Part shown: positions 1 through 9,600 of the stretch, one piece after another | Layout of the letters: the number at the start of each line of letters is the position of its first letter | Numbering within the stretch: position 1 is the stretch's first letter | Assembly (NCBI GenBank): GCA_030704615.1 | Contig: JAKLZA010000332.1 | Location: 1-21,175 of the forward strand | DNA: 21,175 nt | Direction of reading: 5' to 3' | Source of the DNA: Takakia lepidozioides | Lineage: Eukaryota; Plantae; Bryophyta | The notes under the pieces: generated by a model | The model's input: the letters and a program-made list of their open reading frames with translations, nothing else | What the model was told of the DNA's origin: nothing | The model's database searches: none | Made by a program: the position numbers and the translations under genes

Positions 1-17
1 AGTTTGAGATCTGCCAC

Positions 18-81
18 CGAAGTCCATCCCCCCGGATGGAAATTCGGCGCCGCATTTACATCGAAGAGGGGATGGACTTCG
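18..81. repeat. Extended hairpin: 14-bp inverted repeat enclosing a degenerate copy of the 22-bp palindrome
   Basis: CGAAGTCCATCCCC (18-31) is the reverse complement of GGGGATGGACTTCG (68-81); GGAAATTCGGCGCCGCATTTAC lies at 38-59 between them. Confidence 0.8.
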
Positions 82-215
82 TCGTGTCCAGTGGCTATCG
101 GCCCACCTGGCAGTGACTGCCCATAGTTTGCATGGCAGGGTAGGAAACTGAAACGGCTACATTCATGAAGCAGCCAATCTTCATCGGTCCAGGATCCTGT
201 AGGGGGGGAATTTAA

Positions 216-917
216 ATGTGCCCTGGAGTGTTTGTGAGGAATTGCAGCGTTAGCTTGAACTTTTTCCAGCCACCGCGCTGCTCCTCCTCCATCCGGGAGC
301 TACTGTCATTGAGCGTACTCCGCTACTCTTTTTCAAGGATGCCGTGCCGCCGAAATCCAGCCGACTGCCCTTATCATGGCCACGATTATGCTATGTTCAA
401 ACCAGAATCAGGAGACATCATTGTCTGGCTCTTTGTTTTCACAGACGCTGCTGGAATCAAGCAAGAGTCTTTGCGCGCAATGGAGTATCTGGAGGGCTAT
501 TACCGCTTTGAGCGAGGTGAGGGCGAGGGTCAATGCGGTCCGTGGGTCCTGAAAATTGTTGACCTCGATATACCAAGCTGGAAAGGGATGCCGGACAGAT
601 CACGCACGGCCTCGCTTTGGCGCCGGAACTGCTGCCAGTGGACCAGGGAGGACGGCACCGGGGAAAACTATATACGTGCAGATCACTCCGCTCTTCCAGT
701 GTATGGAGACATTCGGCTGAGTTGCGAAGACGAATCGCACGGGCACATGAGGCCCACAGTGACCTTGTCAATGTATGATGGTGGTATCATTGATGGACAT
801 GACATTGTCGTCGGCTCCAGCAAGGGCAGCAGAACGACCGAATTGCAGTTTACCTCGAGGTGCCGCAGCAGTGATGAGCTTGTTTTGAGGGGTATCGAAG
901 TTCCGTCGACTTGGTGA
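216..917 (+). CDS. Hypothetical protein, possible additional cargo gene or terminal exon (first ATG 339; polypyrimidine-AG just upstream could be a splice acceptor)
   Basis: 233-codon open frame with globular-looking composition (…DIIVWLFVFTDAAG…GPWVLKIVDLDIPSW…), lying between palindrome copies. No motif recognised. Confidence 0.3.
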   Translation: MCPGVFVRNCSVSLNFFQPPRCSSSIRELLSLSVLRYSFSRMPCRRNPADCPYHGHDYAMFKPESGDIIVWLFVFTDAAGIKQESLRAMEYLEGYYRFERGEGEGQCGPWVLKIVDLDIPSWKGMPDRSRTASLWRRNCCQWTREDGTGENYIRADHSALPVYGDIRLSCEDESHGHMRPTVTLSMYDGGIIDGHDIVVGSSKGSRTTELQFTSRCRSSDELVLRGIEVPSTW

Positions 918-1172
918 AGCCCATGTAGAAGGAGGAAGGGCTTAGTTTTGTCTGCAGTTGGTAAATGTGAGACATCGTGTCCGATCAATAAACCCATCGT
1001 ACCTCACTTCTGTGTGATTGTGTTTCATTCTGTTGAATAACTGTCGGAATTGGCCCACTGTTTACAATTTGATGTCTCATTTCTACAATGTGTCTGTCCG
1101 GATGAATATAGCAGAGTAACCGGTATGTGAGTCATGTGTCAAGAATATACCAGAGTAACGCCATGGGGACAA

Positions 1173-1881
1173 GGAAATGCGGTGCATCCCGCATTTCCAT
1201 GTCGGCAAAATTGTGTGAAATGCGGTGCATCATTTCGTCCAGGTACACGAAATACCAACACGGGTCTATAAATTGGACAGACAACGAGGTTGGCATTGCA
1301 AATGCGGCGACGCATTTCCAGCTTGGCAATGGAAACTTCTTTTTGGACAAGGGAATGCGGTGCCGCATTTCCGTCCAACACTTCGAAAAGTGTGACATTT
1401 CCGACCAGCGCGATGGAATGCGTTACCGCATTTCCGTGAGAGGGTCTGCAAATGGACAAATTGCGATGTCCGTTCTGGAAATGCGGCGCCGCATTTCCAT
1501 GTCCGTCATCGACTTTTTTTTTACAATGGAATGCGGTGCCAATTTTTGCTGATGGGCCTGCAGTTCGAACAACGACCATCCCCAATATGGAAATGCGGCA
1601 CCGCATTTTCAATTCCGCCATCTCGACCTCCTTGTTCGACCTCCTTGTTCGACCTCTGTAAGCGTGGTGGCATCCATGCAATGAGCGGGAGAGGCCAAAA
1701 CTGGCGTGTGGACAAAGGAAATTTTGGAAATGCGGCACCGCATTTCCAATCGATTACTTTTTACTATGCCAACATTGAAATGGAAAATTTAGTCCCTCCC
1801 CTGTTTTGGAAATGCGGTGCCGCATTTCCAAAAGAGGTTCTTAGAGTTGCCAAAATTTTGGAAATGCGGTGCCCCATTTCT
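1173..1881. repeat. Cluster A of the GGAAATGCGG-YR-CCGCATTTCC palindrome (~11 copies, irregular spacing, mostly ~45-80 bp)
   Basis: Copies start at about 1173, 1217, 1299, 1351, 1415, 1477, 1528, 1589, 1726, 1808 and 1860; several are degenerate. The recurrent 'MRRRIS/KCGAAF/NAAPHF' peptides in the ORF track are translations of this motif. Confidence 0.9.
1623..1656 (+). repeat. Short tandem repeat, 13-bp unit TCGACCTCCTTGT x~2.6
   Basis: tcgacctccttgt tcgacctccttgt tcgacctc read directly. Confidence 0.85.
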
Positions 1882-3175
1882 GATTTTGGGAGCGTCGTGG
1901 TTTGGGCGATTGTGTGGCTGGAATGCACACTGGAGAGGGGTCACGAATGTCGGCAGAATTTCCTTTATATACTCTGGAAGAGAATTTACATTTACAGAGA
2001 CTTCATTAAAATTCTATTAATCTTGAAAATCATCCGAATCCTCATCCTGTTCTAGACTGTCCTGCTCCGCCTCCACCCCTCAGTGCCTTTCTCATCTCCA
2101 GCGGACTGCTCGTTGGCCAGGCTTTCGAAAATCCCATCTTCCCCTTGCGGAACTGTCCATCTCACCTCCGTTGGGTCGTCTTCCTCCCTGTCTGCGTCGC
2201 TCTCATCCGCTGAATCACATATGTACTTTCACCTGTCTGTTGTCCTGTCTTTCTTTCCTTATCCTTCTGTCCTCCCTAGCCCTCTCCAAAATCTGCTCTA
2301 CTTTACTGGGATTCTCACTTCTTCTAATCGCTGTATTTGCGAGTTTAGCTGCATAACTAGGAAGGGAGTAGTCCCTCACCGGGCTCGTCATGAAGTCGGC
2401 CCTCGCAAAGAACGGGACATTCTTCCTGGCAGGAAGTGTAGGCCCTACATGTTTCGACCCGGACCCTGCAATCCTGCACATGACAATCATCAACGAGACT
2501 AATGAGAACCACAGTCGGGAAATTCGTTTGACATAAATGACCCAGAAGGCTTTGCAAACTTACAATGTTTGCACTCACTCGTATTCCGGGTTCTCCTCCG
2601 CATCAATGTCCACTGTGTCTTCCTCGGACTCCGACGAATCCGAGGAGACTTCCGCTCTGTCGGGAGCCTTAACATTCCGTTGCAGCCCTTCCAGATGGGA
2701 TCCCCACACGGATGAATCCTCCTCGTAGGCAAAGAGGTGCCGGTCGGAAAACCGCCCAGCCCACATTGAGGCACCTGTTACAATGCCATCCACACATTAC
2801 CACATGGCGCTTCAGATGTTGCGAACTACATCCTAACGAGAATTTGCAGAACAGCATAGATCAAGATTCTGCATACCTGTCCCACAGATGAGGTCGAGCA
2901 CTGTGCCCTCCACGTCTGTGCATGTCTCCATAATTGTCTGAATGAAGGCAGGGCTCCGAGTCCGTGAGTACCGCAGGGGTTCCGTTGAAGTGAGGCTATG
3001 AGGGAGAAGTTCCTTGGGAACGTTGTTTGAACAGAACGTCGTAATCGAGTGGGTCGCAGTTCGGGTCAACCTTTCCTCCCTCCTTCCGGAAAGCAAAGGT
3101 GGAGTTCTCCTTCACAAAGCAGTATGCATCGAACTGCTTCGTCTGCATACACAGGGGGAAAACGATTAGAAACCG

Positions 3176-3191
3176 AATGCGGCACCGCATT
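3176..3191. repeat. Single palindrome copy inside intron 3143-3239
   Basis: AATGCGGCACCGCATT. Confidence 0.85.
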
Positions 3192-4429
3192 TGAAAACAC
3201 CCAAGCAAATGAATGGACGAGTGCCAGTGTCGTAATCACCTTCTTCCCTTCCGACCGAAGGCCCAGTGTGTTGATGCACGTCCACTTCTTTTTCAGAATC
3301 GGGACGGCGCTCTTGCGGGTCCACTTCGCAATTCCTGTCTGAGTGTTTTTTCCTCTGCTCGCCAGGACAACCACACAGCCTCTGTCGTCCAACACCATGC
3401 GGGCAAGCCCGAATCCTTTCTTCCAAAAGTCCTCCGAGTACCTGTTCCAAGATGGCAAAGCTTGCAGTCCTTCCACAGGCTCTCCGTCCGGAATATCCAA
3501 GATGATCATATCGCAAGACCACTCGGTGGCATTTCCGCCCCTCCTACAATCCTTGTCTGCACACACCCTCTCAAGAACGAGACCATATTCTGAAATCCTG
3601 GGGTGTCGGAAGGCTCTTCGGCAGTCGCCTTCTTCAGTGCTCTGCCCTTCAGACCCTCCATGGTCTTCATGTATGCCAACTTGGCTGCCCGTCCATCCAA
3701 AGCCGCCAAGAAACTCTCATTTACACACTGGACTACTGTTTCGGGAGCCACTTTCGGCCTCTTCATTTCCACCGGCTCGAAAGGGTGCCCCCCTGGGGGG
3801 TTGAAGAGTGCCTTCTTTGCCGAGCCAGTTCTCGTGCCTCTCGTGACAACGGGCACAGGGGAGGCAGCCTGCGTTTGGGGGGGTGGGCTGGTTGCAAAGT
3901 CTCCATCGGAGTCCTCTTCCTCACCCTCTTCCTGAACAGGCTGTTTCTGCTTCTTCGTTTTGGCGGGTGTCACAACAGCTGCTCCTTGCTGGCGAGTCCT
4001 CTTCTTCGACCCCTTCTGTTGGGCCTGCACAGCTGCATCCACCGTCTTTTGTGCCATCTCAGCTGCCTTTCTGGATTCTTCCAGAGCAGCAGATTCCTTT
4101 GCCGACTTTGGCCCAGCAGGGACACGTCTTTCCTTTCTCTTCTCTTCTGCCAAGGCGTGCAGATCTTTCTCAGACTCGTCAACAATACCGCCAGACATGT
4201 CCAGGTACCACGGGCATCCAACGAGATGCGCGGGATGCCATTGTTTCTGCATCTCGGGTGTGTAGACACAGCTTGGGCCCGCCACGGTCCAAGCCATGAA
4301 GAACGGGGGCTCTTGAGCCAGGGCCCCTGTCTGAAGGAGCACGTATTTCATATACCTGCAAGGCAGTCAGCATGCGTGAGCAAAGTTGAGACCAACCTAC
4401 TGCAGAGTGCACCGAAAACATAAAATGCG

Positions 4430-4445
4430 AATGCGGTGCCGCATT
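4430..4445. repeat. Single palindrome copy inside intron 4356-4457
   Basis: AATGCGGTGCCGCATT(TCC). Confidence 0.85.
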
Positions 4446-5600
4446 TCCGAGACAAACCTCGTAACCAGGCTTCGCATACAAGGGCAGCTGTGCTTCACCT
4501 GTAAACAATTCGCATTGCAGCTTTCCCCGCTCCTCCTGATGTGTAAACTCCACGCTCCTTCTTGCTGTCTGTAGCTCTCTGGCGAAAAGGTTGTCCTTGT
4601 ACGCACATCTGAAACGTGTCACGTAGTCTTCCAATGTCTGTGTTCCATCCCATTTGACGTACAAGCCGAACGAATTTGTGTGCATTACGACTTGCTCCTT
4701 CGCATTCGACATTACCTGCGATTCCCAAATGCATTGTCACGTAGCAGTTCAGGGAATTCATTTCAGAAAAGCAAATCTGGGGAAGTACCTTGAATTACCT
4801 GGAACCACCAAGTCATGCGGTTGAGCCACACATCCACTGCAGGGTCGGAAACTTCGAGTGGAAAAGACCACATTGTCCTTATGCTCTCGGATGCATTCCA
4901 GATCGACAGCCACCGTGTCTGCCATTTCCGATCCAATGTCAGGAGCTGGAAGAGAGTGGCTATTGCTAGGAAGGAACTTCAGTGCATTGAAACCTCACCT
5001 TCTCTTTCGCCTCCACACATGCCGTTGAGAGGTGATGCAGTTTCTCCAATTGCATGGTCGGCTGCATGGCCCGAGAATAGTGTTTTGCAATCTCGGGGAT
5101 GAAGTCCTTTCCAAGTGCCGGATCTGCAATTGCCACCAGCTTCACAAGCTTTGACTTGTATTTGGTTCTGGACTTGACACCGGCTTCCTTCAAGTGCTCA
5201 GTCAATGACTGCAACGTTTTGACCTGCCCCTCACTTTCCATGAAGAAGCGTTTGGCATGGGCCAAATCCAGCTTGATGTTTGACTGCCAACAAAAACATG
5301 CAGAAGCGTTACATTCGATTCATGTGGAAAGATTACTGGAAATTGGGGAAGGATGAGCAGAGGGAAATTGGAGGACGACTTACTTCGTATATCACCTCCA
5401 CCATTCCATCCATAGTGAGACGATACCATGTCCGGTCTGTTTTTGCAACGGCTTTCTGAATGAGCTCAGTGAGACCAGTTTTTCCTCACCCTGTACAGCA
5501 TATGTGCCATGTGGGTATGCACGTACGCATTCTCAGTGACCCTGCAAGGCACACTCTCCAGTTCAGTACACGGAAGCACGGAAACAAACCAGAATGGAAA

Positions 5601-5622
5601 CGAAATGCGGCACCGCATTTCG
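5601..5622. repeat. Single palindrome copy inside intron 5542-5652
   Basis: CGAAATGCGGCACCGCATTTCG. Confidence 0.85.
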
Positions 5623-7518
5623 AACGTGCTAGGGAGGGTATGAGTATCTTACGAGTTGAGGTCCGCCATGGCATTTCTTGAGCAGGGAGGAGTCTGCCGC
5701 CTTCACCTTCAGGATGACACACTCCACCATGTAATGCCAGCCAATGTGCTTGGCATGGTTCTGCTTGATGTACTCCCACCAGGCGAGAAGTCGGTGATTC
5801 CCGTCCCACACAAAGAACATTTTACCCGACATATGGCCGAAGTCTGGATCACCCTTCAGCGTCGCCTCGAATTCGTCGTTGCGAGTGTGCAGTGGGTATC
5901 CCACGTTGACAATTCATCGGCAGTGGGTCCACGAGTTTCGCCGTCCTCATTCTCATGGAAACGTAAAACGCTGCCGATCCCAGACGGTACCCTTCTCGAA
6001 ATGCGAACTTGAGCTTATCCACATCTCCGGGAAGGGCCTGCCTGACGATGGGAAGGGAGACCATGCGACAGAGTGGGATTCGAAGAGTCCGCTGGAATAC
6101 CCTGCTGCCCAGAACTCTGCCAATGCTACTGTGTGTCTCCTCCAACATTTTATCCGCTGCACTTTTGAAATCCTCCGGAGACATGTCTGTAGGTGCCGGT
6201 AGTGGCTGAGCAGCTGGAGCATCCTCAACTGGAGCTGCACTCTGGGGCCTGTCTGCGGGCAATTCTGCCATTGCAGAGGCCTCCTCCGGGCCTGCTTGCT
6301 CATCGGTGGTGAGGTCTTGCTGCGAACGTTGAGCGGCAGCACCCTCCTCCGGTACCAAATCGAGATCAACGGTCGATCCCATTGCCTTCGCTGCAGCAGA
6401 GTCGGCCCCAACATCTGCAGGCGGGAAATCCTCCAGGAACTGAGCTTCAGCTCGTGGAAGCGGTTTTGCGGGAGATTGTTCGCCGTCGCCCTGATTGCCT
6501 TCTGCTTCCTCATCCTTGCAGGTGAAGGTGTCTGCTGCAATTGAATCTGTCTTCTACCCTGCTGCTTCATTCGCGTTGGGGGGGGTGAATCGGCCTGAGC
6601 CGGTTCAGAAGCCAGTAGAGGGACGGGCTGCTTCTTCTTCGACTTTGCTGGAGAAGGGCCCGACCCCTGCTGGCGATTCTCCATGACCGAAGAACGCGAG
6701 TCGATCTCTGGGGCTTTGAACTTGCCCTTCGAAGACGCGTCTTTGAATCGCACAGGGCTAGGCCCGGCAGGAATACCCGCGCTCGGGGATCGGGTGGGTG
6801 TACGTGCTGCAGCTAGCTCCTCGGACTCTTCCTGCGGCTCTTCGGATTCCTGCGATCCCTCCAGCACGTCCACCTTTCCTGTTAGGCATGCAAACATGTT
6901 CTGCATTCAAGTCTCCTAGCATTCAGTCTAAGAATTACAGAAGCAAAATGGGGGGTTCGGTGCTCGATCAGCTGCGCGCAGCCCGATCGCATGGAGCTCT
7001 CACTGGTGGCTGGGTTGCCTGAGTGGCCTGCTGCTCGGAGATGGCAATCTCCTCCTGTAGACGCATCTGCTTCCTCCCCTTCGGCATTGGCCTACGTCCG
7101 AAGTATAATTTCCGGAGCTTGCGACGAGGTCTCGTGGTGCACGAACTCCCCCCCTCTCAGGTTCGAGCATAAGAAGAACAGAGAGAGGGAAAAGGGGCAA
7201 AGAGTGCAGATGGAAAGGGCGCGAGAGGGGTGACTGAGGAGACACGACAAAAGTAGATGAAACGGCGGTGATGCACCACTTGGGTTCGAAAGGGTTGGAC
7301 GAAAGTGTCTCCTCGTGGACTTTGCGTCATTACGAAATTCGAATCGTTCAGGGTACGCCTGCCGTCCGAAAAACAAACATCATTATCCAACGGTCAGGCC
7401 GCGCCGCCTCATGCCCCTTCAGTCAGATAGAGTGCCGACATGTGCAGCAATTCCGTTGCTCCACGTGTTCACATTTCAAGGCATTTCCGTCCCAGCGTCT
7501 GATGAGTTGGAGCGAAAA

Positions 7519-9171
7519 TGCGAATGCGGCGCCGCATTTCCGTTAAGTACCATCACGAAGCTACACATCCGTACTTGTTGGAAGAAAATGCGGCACCGCA
7601 TTTCCGTTCCACCTTCACATACCTTAGTTGTTGAACGGAAATACGGTGCCGCATTTCCGTCCCACAGCTCCATGTATGAGATAAAAAAGGGAAATGCGGC
7701 GCCGCATTTCCGTTCTGGAATGTCGAAAGGTGCGATTCGGACGGGAATGAGGCACAACATTTCAGTTCCCGTGGTTCATGATTTTCAATGTGAACGGAAA
7801 TGCGGTACCGCATTTCCGTTCCCCCTTCACATACGTTAGTTGATGAATGGAAATGCCGTGCCACATTTCCGTTCGGGAAAGTATAGAGGTCTCACCTGGA
7901 CAGAAATGCGGTGCCGCATTTCCGGTCTGGAAAGTTTGAAGGTCTCACATGGATGGAAATGCGGCAACACATTTCCGTAGCACAGCTCCAGGCCCCATAT
8001 ACAAAACGGAAATGCGGCGCCGCATTTCCGTTCTAGAATGTCGGAAGGTGCGACTCGGACGGAAATGCGGTGCCGCATTTCTGTTCCCGTTGCGCACGAT
8101 TTTCAGTCAGAACGGAAATGCGGTACCGCATTTCCGTTCTGTAGAGTATTAACGTCTGACGCTGGCGGAAATGTTGTGCCGCATTTTCGTTCCACAGCTC
8201 CATGCCTCACATACAAAACGGAAATGCGGCGCCGCATTTCCGTTTTGGAATGTCGGAAGGTGCGACTCCGACGGAAATGCGGTACCGCATTTCAGTTCCG
8301 ATGTTTCAGGATATTTCATCAGAACGGAAATGCGGTGCCGCATTTCCCTTTTGAATCTAATACATTCCGTTCTGGAATGTTGGGAGGTGCGACTCGGATG
8401 GAAATGCGTTGCCGCATTTCAGTTCCGATGGTTCACGATTTTCAGTCAGAACGGAAATGCGGTACCACATTTCCGTTCGGACTGAAAATCGTGAACCATC
8501 TGAACTGAAATGCGGCAGCGTATTTCCATCCGAGTCGCACCAGCGTATCTCAAGCGGTCGGAATTGCGCTGTATGAAGCTGTCGGAATCGCACTCGGCTC
8601 CATGCATCAGATACAAAATGGAAATGCGGCGCCGCATTTCCGTTCTGGAATGTCGGAAAGTGCGACTCGGACAGAAATGCGGTGCCGCATTTCTGTTCCC
8701 GTTGTTCATAATTCTCAATCAGAACGGAAATGCGGTACCGCATTTCCGTTCCACCTTCACATACCGTGCTTGGTGGATGGAAATGCGGTACCGCATTTCC
8801 GTTATGGAGAGTATGAATGTCTTTTAAGGACGGAAATGTGCTGCAGCATTTCTATCCCTCAGCTCCATGCATCAGATACAAAATGGAAATGCGGCGCCGC
8901 ATTTCCGTTCTGGAATGTCGAAAAAGTGCGACTCGGACGGAAATGCGGTGCCGCATTTCTGTTCCCGTTGTTCATAATTCTCAATCAGAACGGAAATGCG
9001 GTACCGCATTTCCGTTCCACCTTCACATACCGTGCTTGCTGGATGGAAATGCGTTACCGCATTTCCGTTCTGGAGAGTATAAAGGTTTCCCCCGGACGGA
9101 AACTCGGTGCCGCATTTCCGTCGCTTGGTGCATGACCAAGATGCAATACGGAAATGCGGCGCCGTATTTCC
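7519..9171. repeat. Cluster B: ~30-copy tandem array, 22-bp palindrome + 31-bp spacer, 53-bp period, with higher-order repeats
   Basis: After a first copy at ~7522, palindromes start at 7584, 7637, 7690, 7743, 7796, 7849, 7902, 7955, 8008, 8061, 8114, 8167, 8220, 8273, 8326 (all +53). Then 8400, 8453, 8506, and then 8620, 8673, 8726, 8779, 8832, 8885, 8939, 8992, 9045, 9098, 9150. Spacers recur in ~5 types; 8620->8885 is a 265-bp (5x53) duplication. Confidence 0.95.
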
Positions 9172-9600
9172 GTCCACCAGCAATCGAAAGAATCACTCGG
9201 GACGGGAAATCTGGAACCTGAATGGGTTGCATTGTTCCGAAACAACACAATTGCGGCCAGTCTTGATGAGCACAACTTGGTTGTCTGACCGTTTTAACTA
9301 ACAGTACTGGCACTTGTCAGTGCGAACGTTCCTGTCTGCACCGAGAATACTGCTGGATCCACCCTCAGGAGAAACTGTCAGGAGATGTTATTTCGTCGCC
9401 GAATCGGCCATCATTGTCATACTTACTGGCTATGGAATCAAACCTCCCACCTTCATGCATGTAGCTTGAAACAATACTTTCCACTTCAATGTGCGACTTC
9501 CAATCGTCGATGGACTCCGCAGATCCACTTAGATGGTGCCTGTGAGCCTTGGTCTGTCGCTATACTGAACCTCGCACTTGCCAACTCCGTGCGGTGTTCG

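Larger units (their letters stand above)
2575..7087 (-). pseudogene. Multi-exon gene for a ParB/Sulfiredoxin-like + beta-class N6A/N4C DNA methyltransferase-fold fusion protein; many single-base frameshifts as assembled
   Basis: Joining frames gives, in order: probable start MPKGRKQMRLQEE (ATG 7087); long low-complexity N-terminus; RIPLCRM…VRQALPGDVDKL…FREGY…FYVS…KMFFVWDGNHRLLAWW (ParB/Srx 'DGxHR' motif, 5791-5808); helical middle region; acidic/basic linker; MTase motif IV-like DMIILDIPDG (~3483-3512) followed by LDDRGCVVV; then RSPAFIQTIMETCTDVEGTVLDLICGT|GASMWAGRFSDRHLFAYEED, which parallels KPxxLxxxLIxxxTxxGDxVLDPFxGSGTTxxAAxxxxRxxIGxExD. Motif IV before motif I is the beta arrangement. 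GT-AG introns at 2775-2876, 3143-3239, 4356-4457, 5542-5652, ~5284-5383, and probably near 4.72-4.79 kb and 6.9-7.0 kb. Stop at 2575-2577. Confidence 0.75.

Noticed and set aside
1127-2055. ORFs of 60-200 aa over cluster A
   Set aside because: Same repeat-derived peptides on both strands.
3343-4423. Plus-strand ORFs of 100-212 aa
   Set aside because: Antisense shadows of the minus-strand ParB-MTase exons.
2575-7087. Bacterial/phage contamination as the source of the ParB-MTase gene
   Set aside because: The gene has multiple canonical spliceosomal introns and shares the element-specific palindrome with its eukaryotic transposon neighbours.
7519-9171. CRISPR array (palindromic repeat plus constant-length spacers)
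   Set aside because: Spacers recur in higher-order blocks and resemble each other, repeats are variably degenerate throughout, no cas genes are present, and the context is intron-containing eukaryotic DNA.
7268-9313. Numerous overlapping ORFs with MRRRIS / KCGAAF / GNAAPHF peptides
   Set aside because: These are translations of the palindrome in all six frames; there is no evidence of coding function.
9385-9600. N-terminal extension of the 831-aa ORF from ATG 9385
   Set aside because: Reads like an open 5' leader; ATG 9601 is preferred, although this cannot be proven without transcripts.
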